A stretch of 59,169 nt of DNA, counting the filler, from Jimgerdemannia flammicorona (Eukaryota): NCBI GenBank assembly GCA_003990765.1. It is 3 parts of 3 records of this genome, joined end to end, with 100 filler letters (N's around TTAATTAATTAA, not from the genome) between each part and the next. Parts side by side here need not be neighbours in the genome. Positions count along the whole stretch, not along the records: positions 1 to 19,659 come from RBNJ01001885.1; positions 19,760 to 39,416 come from RBNJ01001886.1; 1 more part is not named here. One strand, written 5' to 3'. Made by a program: the position numbers and the translations under genes. This document shows positions 12,901 to 26,145 of this stretch, in pieces (positions within the stretch are counted from its first letter, which is position 1; every line of letters starts with the position of its first letter). The notes beneath the pieces were generated by a model that was given only the letters and a program-made list of their open reading frames with translations, was not told the DNA's origin and ran no database searches.

Positions 12901-14428
12901 ATAAGAAAGATCCTATTTCTTAAGTCTGTAGACCTCAATCATATTACTATATCAGCTTTCAGTTTTAGTTAGATATAATCAGGATGCTGACCACTATACT
13001 ACTCTATCTCTTATTAGCTAATCAAAAAGACTCTACTGAGATAATATCTACTTTAACTCTGATAATTACTCTTAGCCTAGTACATATCTAACTAGTTTAT
13101 TATTATTGCTCTTCTTTCTATTTATAATAGCTATCTTCTCTCTTAACTTGAAAAATAGGTATCTATACTAAAACTGCACTTATTAGGAAACTTGCTAAAA
13201 CTTAGAGAGTCCTACTATAGATATTAATAATCTATAGATAACCTATACTAGTACTTAATATCTAAGATTGGCTAACTCTCTATATAGCTTATAATATATT
13301 AAAAGAATATCTAATTGATGATAGCAAAAGAAAAAAGTATTATGCCAAAATAAGTATACTTTAGATATAGTCAGAGATATCAAAAATTACAAAAAAGTAG
13401 AAAAAACACTGATCTGATACTAATAAAGAAATAATTTATTACTATTATCTCTCTTTTATTACTCTATAATAGATATAAGAATTAAAGTCCTTAGTGTCTG
13501 TAGTGAAGCCCTCTGAGCTTTAGTAAGCTTTCTGGTAAGTATAGTTCTAATATAGATGACTGCTTTTTAGATAGAGTCAAGATAAGAAGAGAGATAGCTA
13601 TTATAGATGCAGAAAGGCAATAATAGTAGACTAGTAGGGTGCTAGACTGAGAGTGGTTATTGGGGCTGGGGCAGATATTGCTTCAGTGGGGCCTTTTGAT
13701 TGATATAGAGTAGTTAGATAGTAGATATTACTTTTAACTACTTTTAGTAATTTATAGAATTGAGCCCTAGTTATTAAAAGTGATTAGAGAGCCTAAGACT
13801 ATTCAGATTAGGTATCTTGGCTATACTTAACTAGAATTGGAAGCTAATGTAGTAATATAATTGAGGCCTACAGACTTGAGTAGTGGAGTATTGGGGGTCT
13901 CCTCTTATTTTATATAAGTTTTCTACTCATTTTGTTTAAGAGAACTAGATTCTACTTACTGTTCTATACTTTGAGGAGAGTTTTTCTTTATCTATCATTC
14001 CACTTGGAGTGGCAGAGGCTATTCTATTCAACTTAGGTATGACCTTGTATATATGTTGGGGTTTTGGATATACACTTTTGGTCATTAATATATGATTGAG
14101 TTCTCTCTGGTAATAGAGAGAATATAATATATAAAATGAGATATAAGCTATATTAGGCCCTACTGCATCTGGTATTGTTGAGCTGCTGGACAATAGCTAG
14201 TCTAGGTTTAATGGAGGAGTAGTGCTTGATGGGTAGTGAGAGAGGGTTTTGGTCTATATAGTTTAGATTTTCTTTTAATAAAAATTTACCAAACTCTAAG
14301 TCTATAAAATAAAAAATAAAAAATATATATATAACAAATTAACTCAAAGTAGAGGAAATATAAGTTGTGGAAAGGGAACTCAGAAGGTTGTCTATCAAAA
14401 CCTTGTAACTGATATGGAGAAAAGAGCT
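12901..14428 (-). mobile_element. Retroposon family X, copy 3 (most eroded, 3' part missing), split by nested copy 4
   Basis: 12901-13475 aligns to the middle of copy 1 in the same orientation. 14331-14428 supplies the 5' terminus (GGAGAAAAGAGC on the plus strand). Confidence 0.75.
13487..14323 (+). mobile_element. Retroposon family X, copy 4 (5'-truncated, nested in copy 3 in the opposite orientation)
   Basis: Aligns to the 3' two-thirds of copies 2 and 5. Ends with AATAAA and an A-rich tail. Confidence 0.82.
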
Positions 14429-14892
14429 ATCAGTACTAATTATACTTATTATATATTAAAAAGATTAGAAAATTTTAATAAAAAAATTTAAATTTTTTTT
14501 TATAATTAATTTTTTGAAATTTTTATAGATTTTTATAAAACTTATAAATAGGGGGGTTTTTTTTATAACTGAATTTGGCTATAATATAGAATAAGATATC
14601 TCTAAACTAAGCTAAAATATTATAATAAAAATATATATTAATTTATTATCTATATAATATTTATAAATTTCTTATTAAATTAAAAAACTATCTTTTAATA
14701 TTAATAAAGAGTTAAATACTAATAAGTATATATTACTTAGTGTAAAAAAAAATTTTAAAAAAAATCATGATATAATATAATATTATACAAATTTGCCTGC
14801 TGCGAAGTTTACTTTGGCCATGAATTGCACGTGACTGGTCCAAGTTATACAGTGACTGGGTTTTGCTCTTCACCCTCAACAAGTTCCTTACA

Positions 14893-17800
14893 ATGCCCAT
14901 GCCCACCCAAGCCCAAGCCCCACCTGTTCCATTCCAGCTCAGAGTTTACAATGTCCCGCCAGATGCAACCCAACAGCAGCTGAGTGCCTTCTTTGGCGAT
15001 CGTGTGCGCATCAAATGGGCTAACTCCAGCAAGGGAATGGCACTAGTTACCTGCGGCGATGAGGAAGAGGTAAGCCACGAAGCCCGCGGAAACGTCGGAT
15101 CGCCAAACATTTTCTCATCAATCTCTCGTCCCAATAACTGTAGGCCCTTGCGACTGTGAAAGAATTAAATTTTCGCCAGTTCGAAAATCGTACCTACCTC
15201 AACATCTGCTACCCTAGGTAGGTGGAACAATTTGTTGAGAGTTGTCACGCAAGGGTTTCCGCTTGTCATTTGACATTTATCCGCATTGTTTATTCAGCGA
15301 GGAATTGCTTTCATGCTTTCCGTTGGAGGTGGAAGGTCTCCGAGAGTGTACTACTGAAAAGGTACACAATTGGTTCGTGTTGAACTGCTTCAGTACCGAC
15401 CCTTCGCTGTGGTATTCCCTGAATCTGTCTAATGTTTCCACTACAGCGTGTTTTCGACATATTCAGGCAATACGGAACGATAGTTGATCGTGAGTGTTGC
15501 CATTTGACTCTAATTGAGTTTGAACACAAAGATGCATCAAGTTCACATATTCGTATTGAGCCTTCGATGAAAACACCTAGTTCGCTTTATCGCCCAGCCA
15601 CCGCCAAACAAATGCTCAATAACATACCTCACCTACGAAGAAGTAATGGATGCGAAAAAAGTAGGTGCTTGCTATTGTTCATTCCCGATTCTTAACTGTC
15701 GTCCAGACTAGATGGAGACGTGTCACCCTTTGCTGATATACGACGCGAATTGATGGTATAATCTGTAGGGCGAAGACGGATCGCTCGTTGATGAGGCTAC
15801 GATTCACGTTAATATAAAACTCAGCAATGCCAAAAAGGCTCAAATTACGGATGGTTTCGTTGCGAGGCCCCCCCCAAAACCTAGAAATAAGGGTAATGTG
15901 ATTGCAGTTCCCACCAATACAGCCGTAGGAGTGCAAAAATTGGTACAAGTATGTTTTTTTGATACCATTTATATGAATAGTATTTTGCGAAATCATATTG
16001 GGAGTTCTGTGAGAATGATAATGATAGCTTTTTTTTTTTTTTTTTTTTTTTGTTTTTTTTTGGTTTAGAAACCGGCAATACCGACGATATATGCTCCTCC
16101 TCCCAGGGTTTCGAATGCACCGCAAGTTGTGCAGGGAAAAGGAGGCTACGTTACATCAACCAGTGCGGGAAAGCAGCCATCGTTGAAACCCAATAAGATA
16201 ACCAAACACTCTACTCCAAAATCTACTCGTCCTGGTAAGTCTGTTCCTGTATTTCTCATCGGTCACATGCCATAATCATTGGTGTCAATCCACCATACCG
16301 CCATCATGCGAAGGATCGGAGTCGTTGCCATTATTGATCTGCAACCGAATTAACTGCATGGCACGGTGATCCTTGTGCCCGCTTGAATCCCTACCTTCCA
16401 CTCCTCTTCACATATGCGTTGAAAGCAATATTAATTTTTATATGACTCATCAACACCTTGATTAACAACGACTACGAAGCATATTCGGTGCAAACCGCGA
16501 GTGATACAAATATTCCTACAGACCAGCATGGTGGTGTGGATGAAATGGTGAGCTCAATCGTATAGAATTGACCATCACCACAGATCGCATTGTCGTTTTC
16601 ATATCACTTGGTGTCGTTGGTCATTCTTTGCGATCTCTACCTTTTATACAGGCAAGGCTACGCACCAGAGGTACTCCAACAGTGATCACACGCACACCGT
16701 CATCATCTGCTACAAGTCAAACTCCCAAACATTCAGGAACCACGACGTCGAAAATAGCTTTGGCGCCAAAAGGGCGCACGTTCCCGCAAATCCCCATGCA
16801 AAAAGAGATGGAGACACCGTTGTTATTTGTTTCCCAGCTACCTCCTGGACACCGAATAGAAATGAGAGCAACCGAGACACCACAGCCGGAACGCTCACTC
16901 TCATCTCCAGCACCCCAATCCACATCTTCCAAGCGACCCGTAGCACACACACCCCTGTCGTCGTCGTCGACGCAAGCTCTTTCACCACCTGACTCTCATG
17001 CCGCGACAGGACACACGCGCATGCAAAGCGCCACTCCATTATCGGTCGCTACCCTGCGGCCGACAGAACCGGCGTCGCGGTCGTCTCAGGACCACAATAA
17101 ATTGCATTTAATGGATGTTACGAGTAGGAATTTGTCACGAGTCTTCATCTCATCGCCCAAGAAGTCGGGGGATCAAGGTAGCGATGGCATCCAGCCCCGA
17201 AAAGAGCAGGGTACGAGGGTGCCTGGTGGCGAAATGAGAAGCATGGATGAAGTTTATTCAACTACAACGGTGGGCGCATTGTCAATTGCATAACTTGCGG
17301 TCCTTTGTTTGGGCATATTGATCAAATGATCGCGTTCCAGTTACTCGAAAAGGCATTCTCATCGTCATCTTTATCGACACAGCAACGTATCTCATCACAA
17401 GTAATATCGACCTCATCGAAAGCACCTCAACGAAAACGACAACGAGAACTACAGCGACATCGGCAACCCGACGACGCGCTCGAAGCAGCATCACAATCGC
17501 AACTGACTACCTCATTGACTGGCACACCTAGATATCATAGCGATACGCGCGTTGAATCGGACATGGAAATATCGGACGGGAACGATGTAGTTCATACCAT
17601 ATCCTCGATAAAAAGGCAAAAGATGAATGATCATACTGTGACGCGAGGGAACCCAGAGACGTTGGCCGAGAAGCACTATGAGAATATGAGGCAGGGTCAG
17701 CCAGCGGGCCAGAACGGAACTTTAGGCTTCCCTGAAAAGCGGACGAAGACGAGTTATGGATATCAAAAGAAGAGGGGGCCATCACGCCAGAGCGATTATG

Positions 17801-19640
17801 GTATTGGTGTTGATGTTGATATTGAAAGCGATGGCAATGATTATACACCGGCGGGGGAACTCTTATTACTAGATTTCGAGCAGTCGAAGCTTCTCAAAGA
17901 GATGGTGAGTGTAAACACCGCATCTGTGTATATTTATGCCCATTTTCGTCATTTATAATAGTTGTGAAATAAACATTGTTCAACCCATTTCTTGATTTAT
18001 GTAGGATGAAGTGTTACCTGACCTTGACAATCGATCGGACTGGGAGAGTGACGGTACAATATGGTTTACCCTCTCGATATATATATAATATTGATAGTGT
18101 TAGGGGGTATAACTAACGGTTTCTATTATTATCATTTTGAAAATCCAGTGCCGTTCCTTTACGAAGTCTTATATAACATTGAAACCAAACCACCAACCGG
18201 CACTATGAGCACTACGGCCTTCACTTGGGCACCGAAAACAGCGTCGAAGACAGAGCCGATTACTGAGCGTGTCCCCAACGACAACTCCATGTTGCAACAG
18301 ATTTATTACGGTGAGGCTGGGCATGGTATTGATGAAAGCACATATTTTACTATATACTCTCGCTGATCTTTTTTTGTTTTGCTAATCTGCCTGTCAGGTT
18401 CCACTTACTTCCCACCGGGTACCGAACCACAATACGTCCTTTCAACATTGAAGTTACCGATGTATCCACTGGACCACCTGAAAAACATGGAACTCACTTT
18501 TGATATTGCAAAGAGGGTTGGAAATGGGAACAATATGCGACAAGTGAGTTGTTCGGCTTAGCACCCGTCTGCTTTATCGGTTTGGAGCAAGTAGCGACCT
18601 ACACTATCCCATCTGCTTTATCGGTTTGGAGCAAGTAGCGACCTACACTATCCCATCTGCGTTTATCCGGGTTGTCATGGAGTATTGAGTATATCGTTTA
18701 ATACGTTGCAGCTCATTTATTTTGAGCAGAATATCGGACATACTCCGAGCGAAGTGAAGCGCGTAAGGTTTGTGTTGGAAACGAGGAATTGAGGTATCAT
18801 TTTATTGAAATCGAAAAGCAAAACCACAACAAACATTTAATGTTGCATACAGGGCGATCAAAGATATGGTTGTAACATCTACTGAAACAGGTGATAACAA
18901 ATTCATGCCGATGTGGGAACGCGACTTGCGTTCAGACGAAAATGGCAATCCACTTATTATGAGGTAGCAACTCGAAATATTGCACGTTGATCGTCTGGGG
19001 TTACTATGTAGAAGCAACGAGCGCGTTCTTAAACCACTTTGCTTCGATATACAGGCTAACAGCAAGTAGTGTTTTGGGTTCTGCCTTGGATGTGCAAGGG
19101 GATGTCATTGCCGGGGCATGTAAGTAGCTTTCAGTGTGAGGAAGAGGGCGCACGATTATCGAGGCCTACGATACTGATACTCACCTGTCGTTCCAATGGG
19201 CAGGGAAAAATGGCACCTCAATGGTGGCATGGTCACTGGAGGACCTGCAGTCGAGCCTGTACAATTCAGAAACTAGAGGTTAGCGCACTGTCTTTACGAG
19301 CTTGCTGTGGTGACTGAGTTCTGATTCCCTAAATATGGATGTTCAACAAAACTGTTTTTCTTTCATTATTCCAATTCGTATTATTATGCCCTCGCCTTCT
19401 CCCCTTTCCTTGCACGCTGGTGCACTTTGTCAAGGACTTAAACCGCGTTTCGAGAAACTGGACAATGTAAACGGTAGCCAGTTTATTGTCTCTTGTGCTC
19501 TTGGCCCTATAAATGCTGCAAGTGGAAAGCATTTATTGCTCGGTTTAAGTTCCAAGGGAACTATCCTTATGTGTGACCTACGGAAGGTCAATAAACATGC
19601 GTCGATGGTGAGTGACGAACTGGTGAGCTTGCTTGAGGGG
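14893..19640 (+). CDS. Multi-exon gene: N-terminal RRM-like domain(s), long S/T/P-rich linker, possible WD40-like C-terminal region; runs into the assembly gap
   Basis: LRVYNVPPDATQQQLSAFFG...KGMALVTCGDEEE|ALATVKELNFRQFENRTYLNICY (RRM). A second RRM-like segment FDIFRQYGTIV..LIEFE. Many GT-AG introns, CpG retained. Late exons GTSMVAWSL and HLLLGLSSKGTILMCDLRK are WD40-like. Exact exon set, and whether this is one gene or two, is uncertain. Confidence 0.6.
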
Positions 19641-19659
19641 TCGCCTTTTTTTTTTTTTT

Positions 19660-19759
19660 NNNNNNNNNNNNNNNNNNNNNNNNNNNNNNNNNNNNNNNNN
19701 NNNTTAATTAATTAANNNNNNNNNNNNNNNNNNNNNNNNNNNNNNNNNNNNNNNNNNNN
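19660..19759. other. Assembly gap with TTAATTAATTAA linker
   Basis: 100-bp N block with a central 12-mer that gives stops in all frames. Confidence 0.98.
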
Positions 19760-19904
19760 TTTTTTTTTTTTTTTTTTTGTAGAGGGGAGGGGGTGTACCC
19801 ATTCAAATTATTTATATAGTTATTTTGCTTTTTATTTTAATTTTTAGAAAATAAAGAAGAATTGACATAAAATACTATTGATAGATTTTTTTGATCAATA
19901 ATGT

Positions 19905-20551
19905 CAATATTAACAAATATTGCCAGATTTTGGAATGAGAATTATATGGAAAGTATAGAACTATTGAGGATGTTTAACTTGAAGCATCATTAATATTATA
20001 AACTATTGAAGACTGATCTGTCAATATGTATGTTTACATATTTATATATATGTTTATATATATATATATACATATATATATATTTGTATATATATATATG
20101 TATTATATATGTGAATATATTCAGTATATGAGTTATATAGAGAATTTAGATTAGAGGATTCTGATTAAAGAATTTAGATAAGAAGATTCAAATTGAATGA
20201 TTTAGATTGAATAATTCAGATTGAGTAATTTAGATTAAGTGATTTGGATTAAGTGATTTGGATTGAGTGATTCAGATTAAGTGATTCAGATTAAGTAGTT
20301 TGGATTAAGTGGTTCAGATTGAGTAATTTAGATTAAATAATTTAGATTGAGTAATTCAGATTGAGTAATTTGAATTGAGTAGTCCAGATTAAATAGTTCA
20401 GATTGAGTGGTTCAGATAGAGTGATTCAGATAGAGTAATTCAGATGAAGTGATTCAGATTAATTCAAGTTAATTCAGATTATTTTGGATTTGAGATTTGG
20501 ATCTAACTATTATATTCAGATTTGATTTGAATCAACTTATTTAGAATACTA
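19905..20551 (-). mobile_element. Truncated second copy of the hAT element end (BED-finger region, subterminal repeats, eroded TIR)
   Basis: Homologous to ~12370-12892 (TTGCCAGATTT..., GAAGACTGATCTGTCAATATG, 15-bp repeats, TTATTTAGAATACTA). Confidence 0.85.
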
Positions 20552-21444
20552 TATATGTAAATATGTAACTTATCTGGAGTAATAAATAGTTTTTTTCTCT
20601 ACTACTCTTTCTTACTCTATTTATAATAAAATTAAACTTCAAATTAAATTAAGTCTCAATTTGAATTGAATTAAATCAAATCAGTCCTTAATTTGATTCA
20701 TTCTGAGTACTATATAAAATAATAATATATAAAATAATAAAATATATTTAGATAAATATAATATTTAAGCAAGCTAACTATAAAGTAAGCTATATAAAAT
20801 TAGAGACTTATAGTATTAATTATAGTATAATAATATATATTTATAAAAATAGAGATATTAAATAACTTTTTTTCTTTTTTTAATATTAATAAACTTAGTA
20901 AATATTACATATATTATATTATATATTTAAAATATATTTAAAATCTTTATAATCTTATTTATAATAATTAATAAATAAATAAAATAAAATATTTTTTAAA
21001 AAAAATTATAAATATAATGTATTGAAATATTATTAAAATATTATTTTTAATAAAAAAAAAATTAATTTATTATTTTAAATATTATAATATATTGTAATAT
21101 ATTACTATTTTATTTTATTTTATTTTTTTTAATAATATATAGTTTTTAAAACTCAATATAAGAGATATATATACTCTTCTAGCCAATACTTAAGCTAGAG
21201 ATATATAAGATATGCAAATCTTCTTATATTAAAAGAAATTTATTATAAATAATATAATGAAGTTAGCTAAAACTAGCCAAATAATATAATGTAAGTGAAA
21301 AGATTATTCAGGAAAAAATTGTTACACCATCACAGTAGATGATACGGGACATCGATGATATCGAGGTCCATGCGTGTCAAATACAGTGTTGGATGCTTAC
21401 CGTTTCCGAACATGTCGATCGCCACAACGGAGGCAATGCGCGTG

Positions 21445-21624
21445 TCATTCTAAGTTCATGCCTTGTATTTTTTCAGTGATTCCGGAGAGCCGGAGCTGGT
21501 CAAGGATCTGGGTGAGAGGCATTTCAGGCGGAGTGTCCAGAATGGAGGGGTTGTTCTGAAGAAATTCGCTGGCCTCGTCCTGCTGCAACGTAGGCAAGCG
21601 TGTATAGGCATTAAGCCTCAAGAA
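21445..21624 (-). CDS. Possible terminal coding exon of a small unidentified gene
   Basis: CTGCAG acceptor followed by 60 codons FLRLNAYTRLPTLQQDEASEFLQNNPSILDTPPEMPLTQILDQLRLSGITEKIQGMNLE*, in CpG-rich sequence. Upstream exons not resolved. Confidence 0.35.
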   Translation of the reverse strand, partial: FLRLNAYTRLPTLQQDEASEFLQNNPSILDTPPEMPLTQILDQLRLSGITEKIQGMNLE

Positions 21625-22075
21625 CTGCAGGACCAGGGCGTGAGCGTGGTTTGTGAGGACATGGTGTTAACGTGGTGTGGACGTATATATTGGGGACAGT
21701 GGGACAGTTAACAGTTGGAGCTGGGACCTGCTTGCATCATCCTCCTTTCATAGATGATGTTTACCACACAACCGACAAAATCAAAGAAATTCAAATAGAT
21801 ACAAATAGGGGTCGGATAGAACAGAGTAAAATATCAACAAGTGAACCTTGTACTGTACACATGTAATTTCTCTCGAGATCCAAACAAAACTGGGACGCAG
21901 ACCCTCTATACACAATCTAGCTGACCAATAAATAAATAAATTGTTCTCGATATGTAGGCACGTGACTTCACGCCACACGCCATTCTATCAGTTTTACGTA
22001 ACGCGACTTACGCATTTTGAATAAATCGCTTCTTCTGTTCGTCACAACATAAATATGTATATATATTTGTATATT

Positions 22076-23857
22076 TTACTCGATATTATGGAAAATGGCC
22101 GAGTTTCCGTTCTTCTTCACCATCCAGAGGTATACTTCGCCGATTTGTTCCAAGGAATCCAAGAACTCGTCAATGAGGTGATTCGGCAACCTGATGAACT
22201 CCGTAACGCCACCATTGGTCGACTTAAGCTCTTCATCGAACTGGTCCTGCTCGCTCAACCCATCGAAATTCCATGCCTTGAGCCAGCGGACGCCGTTGGC
22301 CGGGGGGGCCATCTCGGAGACGTCGTTTGGTGCGATTAGCCTCCAGTTTATCCAAAACTTGCACTGCTCCCAGCCGATGGAGGGTATCAAGTAGATGTCG
22401 AGATTCCAATCCGTGACGGCCTTGTTGAGCACAATCTTGGCCTCTGCAAGCGTTTTAGTTTTAATCTGCTCCGGCGGCGCCGTCTGCGGCTCCGTCACGG
22501 TCCACCGGTCGGGTGAGCCGAACTCGAGTACCGTATGCTCGATGAGACCAACCTCGTACAGGGCCGAGGCGGATTCGAGGGCGCGGAGCTCGAAGCCCTC
22601 GACGTCAATCTTGAGGAAGTGAATCGGCTGTCGGAGGAGGATCTTCTTGGTGTCCGTGGCACTGAGCGTGGGCTGGTTTGCGGGCTCGAGGTTGTGGGCT
22701 TGCTCGAGATATGCAGCATAGTCTTCGCCAAAACTCTGGTCGTGAGGACCGAGAGCGTTGGGACCTTGCTCGGGAAAGAGGCGAGCGAAGGACGGGAGGT
22801 GGTCAAGGCGAATGGTCTGGGTTTGGATCGGGCCCGTGGTGCGGTTTAAATCGAGGAAGGCATTTCCACCGTCGCCCCTCTCGTAGTCCGAGATAGAGAC
22901 CTGCAAAGTTGGGAGTTACACCAGGGAAATAATAAATAAATAAAAAATGAATATTTTTATTTAATTTTTTATTTATTCACACTCTCCTTCATCATCACCA
23001 TACCTTAGAGAACTTATCCAAGACGGCGAAGGGTAGGATTCTGAGATGCTGCTCTATCTGGTTGAGACGCGCGCTGTAGCCAATGACACCGCGGAGAGGG
23101 GCCTGAGGCTCGAAGGCCACAACGTAGGCGCCAGAGACGCCAGCGACCATGGAGAAGAGGCCGTGGTTTGAGCCTAAAGTGGGATGGAACCAAAATAATA
23201 AAGGAAAGGGTAAGTTTCGTGATCAGGAATGCGTAGGAGAGAGCTTTGGTGATCGTCGTGTTGTTTTTGGGCTGCGAGAGATCGCGTTGTCGCATTGTCA
23301 TAGTCGCACGCGCGAAACTGCCTCGCAACCCCCCTTCTCTCTCCTGCACCCCAAACCCTCCACATACCTGCATCAATCATTATCAACGGCTCTTTGCGTG
23401 CGATCCTCCCTGTATCCCTGCGGTGGACTCTGAGAATCCACTTCATCAGGCTGTAGGTGAAGTGCTCGCGGTCGTAATGTTCCTTGATAGCACTTACCTT
23501 GCCCTCTGAAACGATGAAGACGTCGGGCTTGGTGGGCATCACGGCAAAATTCCATGTGTCGGTGGTCGAGATGGCGGGCTCGAGCACGTTGGTATGCAGG
23601 CGTAGTGTGATGCTGTTGCCGGTAGGGGCCTTCTGGTTGACGGGGGCGATCGAGTGTGAGGCAGGGCCCGTGCCAGGCGTGCAGGGCGGCGGCGGTTTGG
23701 GGCCATTTGGAAAGCCGGAAGAGGTCGTGCCCGTAGAGAAGTCGGCGGGATTACGGATGTGGTTGATGGAGGAGTATTGGAAGAAAGCGCCCAAAAGGAG
23801 CAGGCCCACGACAAGGATCCAGGTCCTGCGAGGCATGTTGAGAGGACTCGCGAACAT
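22076..23857 (-). CDS. FkbM-family (Methyltransf_21) SAM-dependent methyltransferase with N-terminal signal anchor; exons 23857-23368, 23173-23004, 22900-22076
   Basis: Spliced motif I MIDA|GSNHGLFS, VVAFEPQ, IHFLKIDVEGFELRAL; hydrophobic N-terminus WILVVGLLLLGAFF. Canonical GT-AG introns keep the frame. Confidence 0.9.
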
Positions 23858-24399
23858 TGATGAGGTGGAAGGAGGGCAAAGAACTAAGGAAGAGTCAGCT
23901 CGTCAAGTAGCTTTAAGTAGGGCGGGTGGAGTCAGGGAGAGGGTATGTCAATCAGGCAACCACCTATTATCAGTGTTGGCAGGATAGTTCATGGTAGTCA
24001 GGGCAGGGCGGGTAGAGTCAGGGCAGTGCGGGTAGTGCGGATAGAGTCAGGGCATCCATATTGAGGATTTTGAAGGCGTCGGGTTGGGCTGTTTTGGGTC
24101 AGTCGGACTATTTTGGATCTTGTTTCACACTTAGATCTTGTTGACATCCCTTTACCCATATAATTACCCTGATAGGGAGAGGGATGCGAGGTCGGTTGCG
24201 CTGCCGAAAAGAGAGTATTAAGGTATTTTGACCATTTTACGTTTACATCATTCTAGTGAATTCATTCCTGACTTATCCCCCTCCCCAAATCCCAGGCGCA
24301 AGCGTCGCCAACGCGCGGCCGCCGTGGGTGATTCTCCCGAACCGCGAGCCTCTCAAGACGCACCGCACGCTCCTCGCGATCTCCTCGCCCGCGGAGATG

Positions 24400-26145
24400 A
24401 TGGACGAACAGTTCTTCCTTGCGTGTAACTACTCTTTCCAACGACGACGCAAGGACGGGCATCGCTGGCGCCGGATACAGTATGTCCGATGGCCCGGTCG
24501 CCCCTCGAGGTGGACGCCGTAGTGGGTTCCACTGGGCTAAATCCGAGCTCGCGGAGCCCGTTGTGGACGCTGGTGAAGGAGACACCGAGGAAGGCGGCGT
24601 ATTGGAGGCTTGCAAAGGATCAAGGCTGTAATGCCGTCACCCTGTATGCCATTCCCGAGGCTGTGCTGCAGCGGCGTCGCTGAGTCTATTTCGCGTCGCT
24701 TAGCAACATGCTTTATATCATGCGGTGCGGCATCCCACGACGAATCATAGGTTACACTTGCGGTACGAAAAGGGTGGGTACGATTGGGAATTGGTGGTTT
24801 ATATTTATCTTGATTTTTCTTTAATGTGTTAATTAATCCCTGCCTGGTCCCGCAATGACAGCTACGTTTATTTGTACATCATCCTCCCGTGCTTACATTC
24901 CTCCATCCCTTCCACCCAAATCCCATTCTCCCGCAGATTGATCGAGTTTACCTTCCGCAGCCTCAAAAACCTGCTCGGGAACTTCCATCAGTCCTTCTAC
25001 TTCCTCTCTGACCCAGAGCGCTACGTCTCTGTGGGGATGTACATGCTCCCTGTCATATTGTTTTTCATGTAGCTTGGTGTTTGACATATCCTTTGAATAA
25101 CGGCAGGTTTGGCGGCTTGTGATGCGATTCGGCGCCGGGAGGGAAGGAGCTTGTGTTTATTTTATCGCTCACCTCCTTATTTATCTTTAACAACGCATAA
25201 CACTCCCTCGTCCCTGTCGCCACCAGCCCTCGAACTCTGAGGAAAAGGACGCTAGACCGCAAGTCCCGTTCCCGTACTCGACCTCGCGCCAGCTTTCGTC
25301 GTCCTGGTCCTCTCACACGCGACGAGGGTGTTGGTGTTTTTCGTCATGAGGCCCGTGTTTATGGACGTGAGTGGAGGATGGGGTAGGTTTCGATGTGGGT
25401 GGAGGAGGGTTGTTTGGTTAGATATGGGGTTTGATGATAATTTCGAGCGCTCCTTCCCTCTCTCCCCCTCCGGCCCACATTCACAACTCACGCAGGCCAT
25501 CCTCCTCAAACTTACTATCGTCGTCCTTGTCTCCGCTTTCACCTCCATCGCCTCCACCATCCTGATTTGCCGGGCCACCACGACCCCCGCCGTGTCCAAC
25601 AGCGCCTGGAGTATCCCCAAATCGCTTAGCCTGGCTTACGCCGCCATGAGCACCGTTGCCATTGATTCCACAATCTTCAGCGTACTGGTCAATTATGAGA
25701 TGGTAGGGACTTGGGCACTTATGTGTGCTGTATACGGTGAATATCGCGATGTGGGGGTAGAAGAAGTGAATGGAAGCATGACAGTAACGGGGTTTTGGAC
25801 TTAAGTTCTGTAGGACTGCAACCAGGTATGACATGACCTCCTTTCTGCTATCGACCCTCTGATCTTGGCGTATTGTCGACATGCGCGATATTTGAAAGGT
25901 CATGATGCTCTCTCACACAATCCCGTACTTTGACTAACCTCACGCTCTTATGCAGCACAACATCCCCAAACAGCCGTGGCCCATCCCGTACCTCTACGTA
26001 CTTCATTTTGCACCAGGGCGCTCTCCAACGGTTCGATGCATTGTACGAGGTCATCGTCGTGGACTGGCAGGTCGGCATCGCGAAGTATGTCAAGGGCGTA
26101 GCGAGGAAAAGGTTAATGGGTGAGTTGTATACGGGTGTTGTGTGA
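24400..26145 (+). pseudogene. GAA1: GPI transamidase subunit Gaa1-like locus, divergent or partial
   Basis: LIEFTFRSLKNLLGNFHQSFYFLSDPERYVSVGMYMLP matches the Gaa1 motif RSLNNLLE.FHQSFFFY...FVSIG.Y.P. Upstream NAVTL, downstream hydrophobic segments (WSIPKSLSL). The motif has substitutions and a deletion, and no N-terminal part is evident. Confidence 0.65.

Noticed and set aside
18568..18660. Exact 44-bp tandem duplication
   Set aside because: Lies in an intron, two copies only. Probably slippage or an assembly artefact, with no sign of function.
19704..19715. Palindromic TTAATTAATTAA motif (also at 39461-39472)
   Set aside because: Centred in 100-bp N blocks: an artificial scaffolding linker.
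20560..21300. Extremely AT-rich tract as a centromere or origin
   Set aside because: Better explained as terminally eroded TE sequence; it contains a hAT-TIR-like end at ~20698-20712.
22055..23987. Overlapping plus-strand ORFs opposite the methyltransferase
   Set aside because: Antisense shadows of a GC-rich coding sequence, with no independent motifs.
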